This document shows, piece after piece, positions 11,101-21,504 of a DNA stretch of 64,000 nt. The translations under genes were made by a program, and so were the position numbers. Origin of the DNA: a virus; the IMG/VR virus record IMGVR_UViG_3300045988_144476. One strand, given 5' to 3'. The notes beneath the pieces are model-generated. The model made no database searches. It saw only the letters and a program-made list of their open reading frames with translations, and was not told the origin of the DNA. Each line of letters opens with the position of its first letter. Position 1 is the stretch's first letter.

Positions 11101-11343
11101 TCCGTCACAATATAATTCCATCATCTCTTCAATATAATCATATGAATTTGATACTGTATTTTCTCCAATATATTTATTTACAGAGAATGAGAGAGTAGTA
11201 GTATTATTTGTGTTTATTTCAAGTTTAACAGTAGAACTGTCAATTCCATTCATAGCACAGATTACATTCTTACCAGGTCTTGCTAGATAAATAATAGATG
11301 GTTCTTTACGATTATATACATCATATTCATGATTAATTCTCAT
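8119..11343 (-). CDS. tail-associated protein (Tal / baseplate hub-like) with a long C-terminal extension
   Basis: 1074 aa, immediately after Dit with an ATGA stop/start overlap. The N-terminus (MRINHEYDVYNRKEPSIIYLARPGK...LSFSVNKY...WFKIV) resembles the N-domain of Gram-positive phage Tal/minor structural proteins. Confidence 0.6.
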   Translation of the reverse strand: MRINHEYDVYNRKEPSIIYLARPGKNVICAMNGIDSSTVKLEINTNNTTTLSFSVNKYIGENTVSNSYDYIEEMMELYCDGIWFKIVDPPSVSFDGLQETKEVTAESYEVTLSQYMLNTFKINTGDEGSYEIQYKKNYDLNHKDNPDHDPDFDSGEYFSVVLYNSECPELSLLDLVLKHSGADVLGWHVGYVDSTPSESNDTSDTALLKDYKYYYDVDNKSVYSFLTQEVAGICRCVFEFDTVNMTINAYRPEGLGTDTELFLGFRNIQNNVSISRDTSLITQFYVSGANDYNVDVVNFGDSVITDISHFINDQYMPKSLQEKYKRYIEYKEDKRKDYIFNSKVYAYINEKQTELVNRVPTDSVQTDWFSSSVKDLKSAYNSNVAIILGLENLYVDADKNFSLDELKKHKSDWNLYSSIMDYALPSIIAALHSKGVDGSEAIKELNKLFENDPDKKLNKAQFKITGNGNLLSNVNPVVINTDWIVCNRLYTNCITDDITIDLSQCKGITRGFKFYDITEKIYDEDGNEIIGVYEDDYVPDVGNENISSKVDKFAGNFGIIQSKISVNVESYYCLSCYIKASGIPNAGGFQLSYAKSSNKYTPASNKSYVIKKANDWKKCWLLFKTDKNTTLIDVAFVAYTAAGIDYRNTLPFYICGMQLEELSEDEYNNYKSNESNILNAGFGYFIENNDDIKAYETNWDLYGIDELKVKIKTYENCMLELKKKGFNNTYNSDLGCDLDYYSQMNQCYKDYENLVKQASDALKKRQAEYDELQTGTVTNIDIGDIKLDDNGKPINDKNDKTIPILYTFDGGINKANNMRLFIAKDVDIKNWGKNWKSDYNIDMDTNYKYLQGILSSDELLNEAFTNEEFIILTHLYRQANYSNENIEITDLDTSVTAVKQVKKLFDDAVKELYVESHPQYIYSDSIENIYALPELKDYHDRFNVNDYVHIELNDNTFITLRLIKISYNPCDLDESMEITFSNMIQYASKRDDYNSLLEGMVNASSHDAGSIQGKSNNGSNFTVSAEVIQQLLSNPMFTSKISSSDTNANSIIIDLQNQVKQLQAELEKLKDKIK

Positions 11344-12341
11344 ATGAATACACCTACTTTTCTAGGTTCTCTATAAGTGATTTCCACGCTCATATCACCC
11401 TGGATAACAAATTCATTTATTCCATAACATAATCTGGGCCAGTATATGTTATTTATTGTTTCACTTGTGATTCCTAGTTCTTTAAAACTGATTTCTTGAT
11501 CGTCAGCATAAAGCTTGAAATTTTGGCAGTCCATATAAAATGTAATCTTATTTTTGATATCTTTAGTGTTTAAGATTAATTCACGATTATTATCCGTGAT
11601 ATTTAATAACCGTATCTCACCACGATATTCTTCTATAGGATTAAATTTAATCAATGGATAAATATATTCTTCCTGGCAATCTGAAGTGTTATTTATAGTA
11701 AATGAAGTTGGATTATTTTTTGTTGATGATTGCCAGACTTTTTTCTCTGGCGAATAACCATATGGGCTATCACATGTAACTGTGTAAGTAATCTGATAAG
11801 GTTTACCTATATTTTCAACATTAACAGCGGTTATAGTTCCAAAAAAATCCACATCTTCAAAATAGTAGTCATCATTTGTTGTATTTTTATTTTTTAACCT
11901 TAGTAATTTTGGAAACTGAGGTGATGTGAGCCAGGCGTTCAAAGCTTTAATATCATTTGATGTAAAATAATCAGAATGCTGGCTGATTAAATTACCATTA
12001 GAAACAGCTAAATCATATGAGCTTGGGAATGTAAGTACATGCGTTTTAGGATCAATTGTAGGAGTATCATGAAATACAAGAACGTTATTGTATTCAACAC
12101 CGTTAATTATTTTATCTTCTACCCATGGCAAATAATCTCTTTTACATATATCTTTAATAAATGTAATATTAAAAGAATAGTTCTTATCATAAGTAGTACC
12201 AAAATGATTTTCACGAGCACGGTATTTATTCTTTTGTCCTAAGATTAATGATCTACTCTCAAGCTCATTATTTTCCTCAATAGTTGTTACAATAACACCA
12301 AACTCATCAGAACTTTGTCCATTAAATTCAAATTCAACCAA
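11340..12341 (-). CDS. distal tail protein (Dit, siphovirus tail family)
   Basis: TTG start 4-5 nt after GAGGTGA. N-terminus VEFEFNGQSSDEFGVIV is typical of Dit. Lies directly after the tape measure. Confidence 0.65.
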   Translation of the reverse strand: MVEFEFNGQSSDEFGVIVTTIEENNELESRSLILGQKNKYRARENHFGTTYDKNYSFNITFIKDICKRDYLPWVEDKIINGVEYNNVLVFHDTPTIDPKTHVLTFPSSYDLAVSNGNLISQHSDYFTSNDIKALNAWLTSPQFPKLLRLKNKNTTNDDYYFEDVDFFGTITAVNVENIGKPYQITYTVTCDSPYGYSPEKKVWQSSTKNNPTSFTINNTSDCQEEYIYPLIKFNPIEEYRGEIRLLNITDNNRELILNTKDIKNKITFYMDCQNFKLYADDQEISFKELGITSETINNIYWPRLCYGINEFVIQGDMSVEITYREPRKVGVFI

Positions 12342-12406
12342 ATTTTCACCTCATTTCATATGTAAAATAGAAGAGACTGCATTACACAGTCTCTTCATTG
12401 AAAATA

Positions 12407-15400
12407 TTATCTGTTACGTCCTGTCAGTTTCATCATGTCTTTTCTCATGTATTTACTATAATCATTCATAACAGTGTTACTTACCTCTTTGGCAAGTTTC
12501 TTAACATCAACATCACTGCTGATACTATCAACATTGATCGTAACATTGCTATTGAATGTATTTTCCTGATTTGAAGCAGGAATATTAGGTAATTTACCGG
12601 AAAGCATATCATTAAACTGACTCATTGTTGCCGTTGCGGGTTTTAACTGCTTTGTAAATTCCTGAGTAAGGATAGTTTCTCCAGGATTAATTGGAGCAAA
12701 TCCAGTATCGCCATTCTTAAGAATTGCGTCACCTAAGAATGAATTTGCATCTGCCGGTATAAGTTGACGAACAACTCCACCTTTAGAGAATCCATATCCT
12801 TTTAATTCTTTAAGAATTTTATCCTTCCATGATTTCTTCCAGTCTTTATATGGTTTACTTGCAATATAGTTATGACCAAGGATTTTAGCTACCTGTTCAA
12901 AATCCTTCTGACCTACTTTTTTATTTTTCTTCCAGAAATAATAATAGAAATCATGGTGTTTTTCTTTAAATTTGCTGCTTGTAACCTTTCCGGTGGGAAC
13001 ACTATTATACCATTCCTGAAGTTTAGACTTTGTATTTGCAGCTGATTCAACAGCGGCTTTAGCCTTTTGAGCAGCAGCAGCGGCAGCTTCAGCTTGTTCT
13101 CTTGCTTGTCTTTGCTCAATAGTCTCAACTGTTAGATTCGATCCAGAAGGATCCTGACTATTTAAAGCATTATTAACAGCATTATCAGATCCACTCTTGT
13201 CAGGACGCTGACTATCAATCTCGTCCGTATTTGTTTTTGGAACATTTGTAGGTATTTCACTGATAGTTTTATTTGTTAATTGTGCCTTTTTAATAAGGTC
13301 ATCAAACATATCAGAAGTCTTATATCCAGTATCTTCAATAGTTTTCTGAATATTACTATACGCATCAGAATAGGAATTCTGTACTTCTTTAAGCATGTTA
13401 TTAATAACAGACTTCTGAAGCTCTGTATTAGACTTGACAGCCTGAAGTGTTTTATCAAGTGCATCATTGGCCTGCTCAGATAAATTATCATATCCTTTAG
13501 ATTCTAAATCGATTTGGTGTTCATATTTAGTATCTGCCAGATCATCCTCTTTATCTTTAAGATCTGCTTTAAGTTGTGCAAGACGAGCTTTTGCTGATGC
13601 ATTTGTTGTACCTTCAAGAGCAGCAATTTGTGCTTTGAGTGTGTCGATATCCTTATTCTTATCTTTTAAAGTCTTATCATAGTCATAATAATCTTTTTTA
13701 GCACTAAGGGCATCTTTACGCTTATCAATATTATCCTGTAAGGACTTATTAACTTTAGTGATCTGGTCTTCATAAGCCTTAAGCATATTCTGTTGGCTGC
13801 TATAGAGACTCTTAGAAGCTTTATTGATATTAGAAACAGCATCTTTGGTAGCATCTTCATACTCATCAAGAGTTATCATATGATTGTCATACAACTCCTG
13901 AACTTCAGATAATTGTTGTCTATAATCAACGATCTGCTGTTTATAAGCGTCCATTTCTTTGCTAATTAACAAGATATTAGATAATCCCTGTTTTGTGAAT
14001 GAACCATCGTCATTCAGGAATGTATCAGAATCCATCATATCCTGAAGATCGTTTAGATTATCAATATAATCATTCAGATCATCCTGGATGTCACTAAATG
14101 CTTTAAATCTCAGGTCAACAATAGATTTCTTTAATTCCGCTGTACTATTTGCCGTATCAATAATAGAACTATTAATATCAGCTAAATCTTTGGCTAAATC
14201 CTGATACTGAGTAGAATTTTCGCTATATTGACTCATCTGATTAATAATGTCATTTCTTCTATTATTTAAAGCAATAGCGGTTTTATCATTGGTCTTTATA
14301 GCATTTAGATAATCATTTTCGGTCAGATCATTTCCAGAACCTTTATAATTATTTTTTTCTTTATAATCTCTGGAATCAGAAAGCTTATCAGAAGCTCTTT
14401 GATATTTGTCAACTTGCCACTGATCATAAGTAAGTTGGATTTCTTTTAACTTATTTTCATATTCAGCAGTTGATTGTATAATGTCATAATAAGATTTATT
14501 AAGCCCTTCAAGAGTAGCTTTTGCTTCTTTTGTGGCTGTATCATCTGGACCATATTTTTTAGCAAACTCATTATAAGCAGTCTGATACTTCTGAATTTCC
14601 TGATAAATCAAATCTGCTTGTGTCTGATTTGAAGAAATCTGATTTCTGATCGTATTTGTATAATCAGAATTAGGAGCCTGAGATGCACCTTTTTCTTCAC
14701 GAGCAGAATTTAAACTGTCTAAAGTCTCATTGTAAGATGAATAAACCCCAATTAAAGCATCATATCTCTCTGTAATATTGTTAAGTTTCTGCTGGTAGAG
14801 TTCTTTTTCTTTTTGTTTTAATTCCTCTATAGCTTTGTTACAATCATTGATTTTGTCATACCATTTCTGGTAAGCTTCAACCTTTTTCTTGTTATCATCA
14901 GAAAGTTTTGCCAGATCAATTTTACCATTCTTGACTTTATTCTTTAAATCAGCTGATAATCCAATATCTTTTGCAAACTTATCGGATTTCTTGGTGTACA
15001 TTTTAGCACCTTTAGCATAATCCTTCTGAAGTTCCTGATTATCCTTAAGCTGTTTATTGATATAAGTTTCTTTGTTTGCAAGCTTATATGTGTTTTCAGC
15101 TTTAGCAGCATTTAAATCTATACGATTCTCAAGCTTCTTAACTAATCGTTCAAACCAGTCTACAATATCATCAAGATATTTCTTGGAAGAAGATTTAGAT
15201 GAGGATTTATTTTTTTTTCCAGATCCAGATCCTGAACCAGAATTTGAACCAGAAGATTTCTTATTGGAAGAACTAGAAGAAGTAGATTTCCGAGTAGAAG
15301 TGTCTTTAAAATTAAATCCAGTAAGTGCATAAGCATTAGAACCTAATGAACCTTGAGCATAAGCACGAGCATTACTATTTGTTCGTCCATGTTCTAATAA

Positions 15401-18400
15401 ATCTTTTGTTTGGGAAGCATTAAATATAATATCTCCCTTTTTCAGATTTTCGAAATGTGGACCACCTGGTAATAAACTCCACACACCATCACGAACAATA
15501 GATTCCGTACCTACTTCATTTGTAAGGGCAGTCTCATTCTGATTTAAAGCAACATTACCACCTGCATGAGCAGAAGAAAGTGGCTTCAGGTTAAGCATAT
15601 TATAAGCAGTACCATCAGCATGAGCGATTGAGGTCATTGTGCCAGTAGCTTGTACCTTTTTAGTGTATACAGCAGTTCCAAATATTGTAGGAGCAGTTTT
15701 AGGATAACTACCTAAAGTATAATTTGCAGTACCAGATATGTCTGGAGCTGTTGTTGGATGATCACCCATAGTATAATTTGCTTGACCTTTTATATCATCA
15801 GCTACTTTAGGTTCATCACCTTTTTTATAATTTACAGTAATGCTTGCAGGATTTGATTCTATCTGTGATTTAATTGCATCGACATTTCCTACATTACCTT
15901 CTTCTACACCAATTGAAATTTGTACTTCAGGAGGAAGTTGAGCAATTTCATTTACTAATTCTGATACTTTGTCATCTTGCACAATAGCATCAATAGTAAC
16001 ACCTTTTCCTTGAAGTTCAGAAATTCTCGCCTGTAATTGATCTACTAATTCAGCACCTTGAGTTTCGGCTGTAACCTGTACTTTTTTATCATGGATTTGC
16101 TGCAGAAGATCTATTAAAGCCTGAACTTTTTCTGCATCTTCAACATCTCCATCTATTGTAAACTTTGTTTGTTCTTTAGAGAGTTCTTGAATTTTAGATT
16201 CTAGATTGTCGATAGACATAGAATCAGCGTCTATGTCAAGATCAATTTTAGAATTTATTTTTCCATCACTTTGAAGTTGTTTTACATCTTCAAGAGCACT
16301 ATCTGCACTTGCTTTAAGCTCTTCAATTTCTGAAGAGTCAACTTCCGGCTTAAGAACACCCAATCCTTCAAGAGCCTGTACAAGCTGGTCTTTCGTTAAA
16401 CCGGCCTGATTAGCAAGATCTTGTAATGCATCTTCAGCTTGTTCCATACCTTCAACATTGTAAGCACCGTCACCAAGTTGGATTCCTTCAAGATCAGTAG
16501 CAGTATATTGTTTTAGAGCGTTGAAATCAGCTTCAGTTGCTTCTGCATTTGCTTCGTGAGCCTGCTTAACTGCTTCAAGAGAATTCGCATATTCTTTAGC
16601 TGCAGTCGGATCAGAAATTCCCATCTCTTCTGCAGTGAGAGGAGAATCAAATGTTCCAATACCTTTATCGTGTAGCATCTGATTAAAAGCATCTTCGTCA
16701 ACTTCGAACTCAGGAGTTAATTTAATCTTATTATCCTTAGCTAATTGCTGAATACGATCATATAATCCTTGAGCATATTCCTGTTGTGCCGGATCATCTT
16801 TCACCTGTTGGTATTCTTTTGCAAAATCATTAATTGTCTGTTTTGCAGTATTCAGATTTTGCACTTCACGATCAGTTGCGCCATTTACATATGTATCAAG
16901 AGCAGTATTAGCATCATTAACCTGATTCTTTAAATCATCCACAACTTGAGCTTGCTGTTCAATCGCATATTGTGGTGCACCATTGGCAACTAATTCAGAG
17001 TATTTTTCTTGTGCAGAAATAAGATCTTTAGTCTTTTTGGTAACATCAGCCTCTCCTTCGGCTATAGATGAAATATTTGTAACAACTCCACCCATATCTT
17101 CGTAACGGCCAATGTAATCCTTGAATTGTTCTTCACTCATTCCAACTGCTTTGGCTGCAACATCGGAATCAGCAAATGTCATTTGCCATTGTTTAGAGCC
17201 ATCTTCAAGAGTTTTATAAGTAGCAAGTCCTTTTGATTGTAATAAATCAAGGAATTTTAATGGGCCAGATTTATCATCTGTATAATATGGTTTCCACTTA
17301 TTATAATTCTCAATGAAATTATCAGCATCTGTGAATCCATAAGGAGAGAAGTAAGCGGCTTTCTCTTTAAAATCATCTGTACCAATTTCACCATTATCGT
17401 ACATTTCTTTTAAAGATTCTAACTTACTTTTAGTTGCCTTATAATGATCTCCGGCATTTGGAGTGCTTTCAGCATTAATACCCTTTTGCCATTGACTGGT
17501 CTGTTCCTGCATATTTTTATACTGAGCCATATATTCATTTTGAAGATTCTTAAGTTCTTCAAGTTTTTGTTTTTCTGACTCAATAATATTACCATTTGAA
17601 TCGTGGATTTTCTTCTCTTGATCAGCAATCTGAGATGCTAAATCTTTTGAAACCATTTCATTTTGGGCTTCAGAAAGCTCCTGGAATCTATCAGTATTTA
17701 ACTGTAATCCTTTTGCAGATCTTGTAAATAATCCACTTATATCAGTTCCCTGAGCAGTAAGATCACTAAACTGAGTAACAAGATTCTTCACAGAGTCACT
17801 GGTTAATCCAGTTTCACTATTTGTTTCTCCAATAGCAGTACTCAAAGCACTGGTCAGATTTGTAACATCAGTAATAGGAAGATTCTGGATTTCTTCAAGC
17901 CATCCAGCCTGAGAAGCTTTCATATTTTCGATGGACATTTGAGCAGACTGGATTTGATCCTGGTATCCTTTGATCTTCTCATTGTCTTCATCAGTAAGAG
18001 GAGAGATACCTTTACTTTCTCTAATTGTACGGATATTATCCTGGTAATCCTTAATCTGTTTATTCAGATTTGAAATCTGAGCATTACCATTCTCAACAAG
18101 ATTGTTGTAATCCTGTGCAGTTGCTTTCTGATTTAATGCAGATTTATTACTCATTAGGGTCTGCATATCTGAAGCGTCAGTCTGAAGTCTAGTTAAATCT
18201 TTAGAGAGATTTTCAAGATCCTGATCATTCGCATCAAGATGAATTTGTGGACGTAATTCATCAATTTTTGCAATCCATTCATCAAGACTAGCAGTAGCCA
18301 TAGAAGGATCCATAGACAATTTTACAATTGCTTGTTGAGCTACTTTATCACCAGAATATTTATCGAAAAGATTAGTAAGGGTATTTTCTGCATTATCCTT

Positions 18401-20383
18401 TAAGAATTCAGATCCTTTTAAATTTGACCGAACTCGTTTGATTACATCATCCTGAACGTTGCTCATATCAAATCCCGCAGTATTAATACCATCCAAAATA
18501 CTTTGAACATATTTATCTGCAGCAGCTAATTCCTTCGGATCAGTCGTATCTTTTACAGCATCACGAATCTTTCCAATAGCAGTAGAAGCTTTATCGGTTG
18601 CAAGTTTCTGCAAGCCTGTCTGTAAATCATCTGTCTCAGTAGCAAGTTCTGGGAATTGCTGAATAAGATCTGTGATATCAGAACTCTTCATATCACCGGA
18701 TTTCAGGGAATCCATAGCAGTCTTGATATTAGACATACTTGACTGGAAATTATCTGTTACGGTATCAATGTCTGTTGCTGTGTCTTCAGCTGCATTCTTG
18801 AAGAGAGAAGAAAAAGTTTTGGATGTATCTTCGGAAGAAGCTTTAGATTCTTCCATTGCTTTATTCCAATTGGAAGTAAGTGTACCTATTCCCCAATCAT
18901 TCTCTTCAGGATCAAGACCATTATTCTGGAGATAATTCCAGAAAGTTTCTATATCTTTATCTGATTTATCCTTAAAAAATGCATCAGCGATTGAGCCGCC
19001 AGAAGTACTCGGAAGTTTTGACATAAATGCAAAAGTATCTTTAAGATTTTCTTTTACACCTTCAATATTTAATGCTTCCGGATCAGCTATAGCCATGATA
19101 TAAGATGCCAAATCATCTTGTGATACATTTTTATCTCCAAGTGCTGATTTGAGATCAGAATAATCTTTATTACTATTCAGAGCATCAAGAATTCCCTTGG
19201 AACCTTTAGACTTACCAATACTTTCAAGTTTTGTCTGTAAGTCTGCATAATCAGCGAGAGCAAAAAGATTGTTTAGTTTGTCCTCTGTGTCGGAAGATGA
19301 ACCTATGAGATTTGAGTAATTATCAATAAGAGAATTAACCTGGTCAATGGTACCCTGGTATTTCTTATCAAGAACTGTACCATCATCTTTAAGCATACTC
19401 TGTGACTGATCTGAGATATTAGAAATCATTTCAGAAAGTTCTGATTTTTGAGTATCAATACCTTCTTGCTGTCTCTCAAGAGTTTTATTTTCCTCTTCGG
19501 TAATTAGGTCCATATTATCGCTATGACCTTTTTTAATATTTTCATAGGCGGTATCATATCTATCCTGTAGATGTTGGATGTAATCCATTTTTGCCTGAGC
19601 TTCATCAAGATCATTAACATATACTTTGGCTTGTGGATTATAAATTCCACTACCGTCAGAGAAATAATCCTGCTGTAGAGATTTCTTCTTTAGATCTTTT
19701 TGTGCAGCATCTGCCTCAGCAGTTTTGGCACTGTCAGCTAATTTTTGTTTCAATGATACTTGGGCACCAAGAAGTTCATTCTGATCCTGAAGAGTATTTA
19801 ATTCTTGACTCTCTTCTAGTGATCTGTTTTCTTTTGCTCGAAGCTCTTGAATACGATCTTGATTAGTTGCGTATGCAGATTGTGCGGTTTCAAGATCAGA
19901 TTGAGCTGTTTCATTCTTCTCTTGAGCTTTTTGGTATTTCTTTGTGGTGGTTGCTTTTGTAAGATCAAATTGATTATCAAGACCTTTCCATGTAGCTGTA
20001 ACTGCTGCAATGCCTAATGAAAGAATTAATTCTGGAGCAATTGCTTTAAGCACAGATCCAATACCGGATAATACACCACTAGCTTTTCCAGTGACTCCTT
20101 TAGAACCAAATAAGAAACTTTTAATGTCTACAGTTTTGGTAGCATTGTCAAGAGCCTTTTCAACCTCTTCTTTGGTATGCTCTTCACCAAATTTATTCTT
20201 AACAGCTTCAAAAATCTGATCTGTTGATAGGAATTTTTGATTGCCTTTTCTATCGGTGTTTACACGATAAGCCCATTTCATTGCTGTCTCAAAATCTGAG
20301 AATCCACCAAATGCCGCATTTAAATCTTCTTTTGTACCTGTTTTAAATGCATTTTTTAGTTTTCCGATTTTACTTAATGACAT
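12407..20383 (-). CDS. tape measure protein, distal part (TMP-B, 2658 aa)
   Basis: Hydrophobic N-terminal segment (GVLSGIGSVLKAIAPELILSLGIAAVTATW) followed by about 2500 aa of Lys/Glu/Gln/Asn coiled coil. Two TMP-end-like motifs: GTESIVRDGVWSLLPGGPHFENLKKGDIIFNASQTKDLL (~15400-15540) and PGETILTQEFTKQL (C-terminus). Followed by Dit and Tal. ATG at 20383 has no Shine-Dalgarno. Confidence 0.75.
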   Translation of the reverse strand: MSLSKIGKLKNAFKTGTKEDLNAAFGGFSDFETAMKWAYRVNTDRKGNQKFLSTDQIFEAVKNKFGEEHTKEEVEKALDNATKTVDIKSFLFGSKGVTGKASGVLSGIGSVLKAIAPELILSLGIAAVTATWKGLDNQFDLTKATTTKKYQKAQEKNETAQSDLETAQSAYATNQDRIQELRAKENRSLEESQELNTLQDQNELLGAQVSLKQKLADSAKTAEADAAQKDLKKKSLQQDYFSDGSGIYNPQAKVYVNDLDEAQAKMDYIQHLQDRYDTAYENIKKGHSDNMDLITEEENKTLERQQEGIDTQKSELSEMISNISDQSQSMLKDDGTVLDKKYQGTIDQVNSLIDNYSNLIGSSSDTEDKLNNLFALADYADLQTKLESIGKSKGSKGILDALNSNKDYSDLKSALGDKNVSQDDLASYIMAIADPEALNIEGVKENLKDTFAFMSKLPSTSGGSIADAFFKDKSDKDIETFWNYLQNNGLDPEENDWGIGTLTSNWNKAMEESKASSEDTSKTFSSLFKNAAEDTATDIDTVTDNFQSSMSNIKTAMDSLKSGDMKSSDITDLIQQFPELATETDDLQTGLQKLATDKASTAIGKIRDAVKDTTDPKELAAADKYVQSILDGINTAGFDMSNVQDDVIKRVRSNLKGSEFLKDNAENTLTNLFDKYSGDKVAQQAIVKLSMDPSMATASLDEWIAKIDELRPQIHLDANDQDLENLSKDLTRLQTDASDMQTLMSNKSALNQKATAQDYNNLVENGNAQISNLNKQIKDYQDNIRTIRESKGISPLTDEDNEKIKGYQDQIQSAQMSIENMKASQAGWLEEIQNLPITDVTNLTSALSTAIGETNSETGLTSDSVKNLVTQFSDLTAQGTDISGLFTRSAKGLQLNTDRFQELSEAQNEMVSKDLASQIADQEKKIHDSNGNIIESEKQKLEELKNLQNEYMAQYKNMQEQTSQWQKGINAESTPNAGDHYKATKSKLESLKEMYDNGEIGTDDFKEKAAYFSPYGFTDADNFIENYNKWKPYYTDDKSGPLKFLDLLQSKGLATYKTLEDGSKQWQMTFADSDVAAKAVGMSEEQFKDYIGRYEDMGGVVTNISSIAEGEADVTKKTKDLISAQEKYSELVANGAPQYAIEQQAQVVDDLKNQVNDANTALDTYVNGATDREVQNLNTAKQTINDFAKEYQQVKDDPAQQEYAQGLYDRIQQLAKDNKIKLTPEFEVDEDAFNQMLHDKGIGTFDSPLTAEEMGISDPTAAKEYANSLEAVKQAHEANAEATEADFNALKQYTATDLEGIQLGDGAYNVEGMEQAEDALQDLANQAGLTKDQLVQALEGLGVLKPEVDSSEIEELKASADSALEDVKQLQSDGKINSKIDLDIDADSMSIDNLESKIQELSKEQTKFTIDGDVEDAEKVQALIDLLQQIHDKKVQVTAETQGAELVDQLQARISELQGKGVTIDAIVQDDKVSELVNEIAQLPPEVQISIGVEEGNVGNVDAIKSQIESNPASITVNYKKGDEPKVADDIKGQANYTMGDHPTTAPDISGTANYTLGSYPKTAPTIFGTAVYTKKVQATGTMTSIAHADGTAYNMLNLKPLSSAHAGGNVALNQNETALTNEVGTESIVRDGVWSLLPGGPHFENLKKGDIIFNASQTKDLLEHGRTNSNARAYAQGSLGSNAYALTGFNFKDTSTRKSTSSSSSNKKSSGSNSGSGSGSGKKNKSSSKSSSKKYLDDIVDWFERLVKKLENRIDLNAAKAENTYKLANKETYINKQLKDNQELQKDYAKGAKMYTKKSDKFAKDIGLSADLKNKVKNGKIDLAKLSDDNKKKVEAYQKWYDKINDCNKAIEELKQKEKELYQQKLNNITERYDALIGVYSSYNETLDSLNSAREEKGASQAPNSDYTNTIRNQISSNQTQADLIYQEIQKYQTAYNEFAKKYGPDDTATKEAKATLEGLNKSYYDIIQSTAEYENKLKEIQLTYDQWQVDKYQRASDKLSDSRDYKEKNNYKGSGNDLTENDYLNAIKTNDKTAIALNNRRNDIINQMSQYSENSTQYQDLAKDLADINSSIIDTANSTAELKKSIVDLRFKAFSDIQDDLNDYIDNLNDLQDMMDSDTFLNDDGSFTKQGLSNILLISKEMDAYKQQIVDYRQQLSEVQELYDNHMITLDEYEDATKDAVSNINKASKSLYSSQQNMLKAYEDQITKVNKSLQDNIDKRKDALSAKKDYYDYDKTLKDKNKDIDTLKAQIAALEGTTNASAKARLAQLKADLKDKEDDLADTKYEHQIDLESKGYDNLSEQANDALDKTLQAVKSNTELQKSVINNMLKEVQNSYSDAYSNIQKTIEDTGYKTSDMFDDLIKKAQLTNKTISEIPTNVPKTNTDEIDSQRPDKSGSDNAVNNALNSQDPSGSNLTVETIEQRQAREQAEAAAAAAQKAKAAVESAANTKSKLQEWYNSVPTGKVTSSKFKEKHHDFYYYFWKKNKKVGQKDFEQVAKILGHNYIASKPYKDWKKSWKDKILKELKGYGFSKGGVVRQLIPADANSFLGDAILKNGDTGFAPINPGETILTQEFTKQLKPATATMSQFNDMLSGKLPNIPASNQENTFNSNVTINVDSISSDVDVKKLAKEVSNTVMNDYSKYMRKDMMKLTGRNR

Positions 20384-20386
20384 GTA
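20350..20386 (-). repeat. left arm of the island-flanking inverted repeat (covers the TMP-B start codon and first codons)
   Basis: The minus strand reads ATACATGTCATTAAGTAAAATCGGAAAACTAAAAAATG. Its partner is at 23936-23969 on the plus strand. Confidence 0.7.
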
Positions 20387-20405
20387 TAAAATTATCAGGT
20401 ATAAT
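20377..20405 (+). promoter_or_regulatory. sigma-70-like promoter for the Zn-ribbon gene
   Basis: ATGACA-17 nt-TATAAT. The -35 element overlaps the TMP-B start codon on the other strand. RBS AAAGGAGAG and ATG 20437 lie downstream. Confidence 0.55.
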
Positions 20406-20436
20406 GATGTTATAAAGATGCAAAGGAGAGATTAAA

Positions 20437-21024
20437 ATGGCTTTAATAAAATGTCCTGAATGTGGTAAGGAAGTTTCCAATAAAGCTCCAGCGTGCATAC
20501 ATTGTGGTTTCCCATTGAGTGAACTCAAAAAAGAAGGCACTTGTAAAATAAATGATCAAGAAGTTGATCTGATAAGGATCAAAAAATTATATGATTCATT
20601 ACCAGATGAATGTAAAAAAATTATATATAAAAGTTGTCGAACAAACGCAACAAAAACAGAAAAATATATTTGTTCATGTTCTCCGGATACATATACTGTA
20701 GAAGAAAGTAATAAAATTTATGATATTTATATGGATATGATATTTCCAATCCAAAAACAATTTAATTGGTTTGGTGCTAATGAGTATTTAGTTCACAGAT
20801 TCCTTGTAGAATGCATCGATCACAACTTTGAATACTTTGAGTTCAATACCTCAGATTATCCTTCTCCCGGATCTCAAAATCAACTTCGTTGTCCAAAATG
20901 TGGTTCAACTTCAATCGTTCCAGAAAAAAGAGGATACGATATTATGTGGGGATTTTTAGGATCTGAGAGAATCGTATATAATGTATGTCAGAAGTGTGGA
21001 CATAAGTGGAAGCCTGGAAAATAA
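20437..21024 (+). CDS. double zinc-ribbon protein (195 aa)
   Basis: N-terminal CPECG..CIHCG and C-terminal CPKCG..CQKCG ribbons, with a good RBS. Confidence 0.75.
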   Translation: MALIKCPECGKEVSNKAPACIHCGFPLSELKKEGTCKINDQEVDLIRIKKLYDSLPDECKKIIYKSCRTNATKTEKYICSCSPDTYTVEESNKIYDIYMDMIFPIQKQFNWFGANEYLVHRFLVECIDHNFEYFEFNTSDYPSPGSQNQLRCPKCGSTSIVPEKRGYDIMWGFLGSERIVYNVCQKCGHKWKPGK

Positions 21025-21277
21025 GGAGCAGTTACTTAATTGTTTTGTCAATCATATGTATAACGCATTTTTGGAATGCCAGAATCATTCAAACGAGAAT
21101 TAATAATTTGCTGTAATTTTTCTTGCTCTTTTTCAAATTGCCACCAGTAGATTACTTTTAGTATATTTTGATGTTTTGGTGTGGGTATAAGGTATAACAT
21201 GTTGATCAGCTCACTTTCAAGAGGGAATAATGAATATAAGAAAAATAAAGAAAACGATATATATACAACCGATATAA

Positions 21278-21442
21278 TTATTCACTTATGTCATGTTTTT
21301 GGTCTTGACAATCTGTATCTGATGAAGTGACCGGTATAAAACATTGAGTGAATATATATTTACAAAGTTCTTCTGTGTTTGTTTCAGTTATAGGCATACT
21401 GTCTGAATAAATGGTAGACACTTGTTCTGATTGTGTATTCAA
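21278..21442 (-). CDS. possible small ORF (54 aa, TTG start)
   Basis: GAGGTGA lies 5 nt before the TTG. Found by hand because it is below the ORF-track size cut-off. An in-frame ATG is at 21397. Confidence 0.3.
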   Translation of the reverse strand: MNTQSEQVSTIYSDSMPITETNTEELCKYIFTQCFIPVTSSDTDCQDQKHDISE

Positions 21443-21504
21443 TTAAATCACCTCGATTCTAATAAAAGTGTGGTTATAAGTGGTGGCTGGGGAGATAAAT
21501 AATT

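Noticed and set aside
12913-20219. Many 60-90 aa ORFs on both strands inside TMP-B (for example 13276-13491, 15072-15332, 18672-18935, 20010-20219), with similar calls inside TMP-A (25109-25426, 27525-27786, 28385-28603, 29453-29677).
   Set aside because: They are nested in or antisense to long, well-supported ORFs, lack RBSs, and have low-complexity translations typical of alternative frames of coiled-coil genes.
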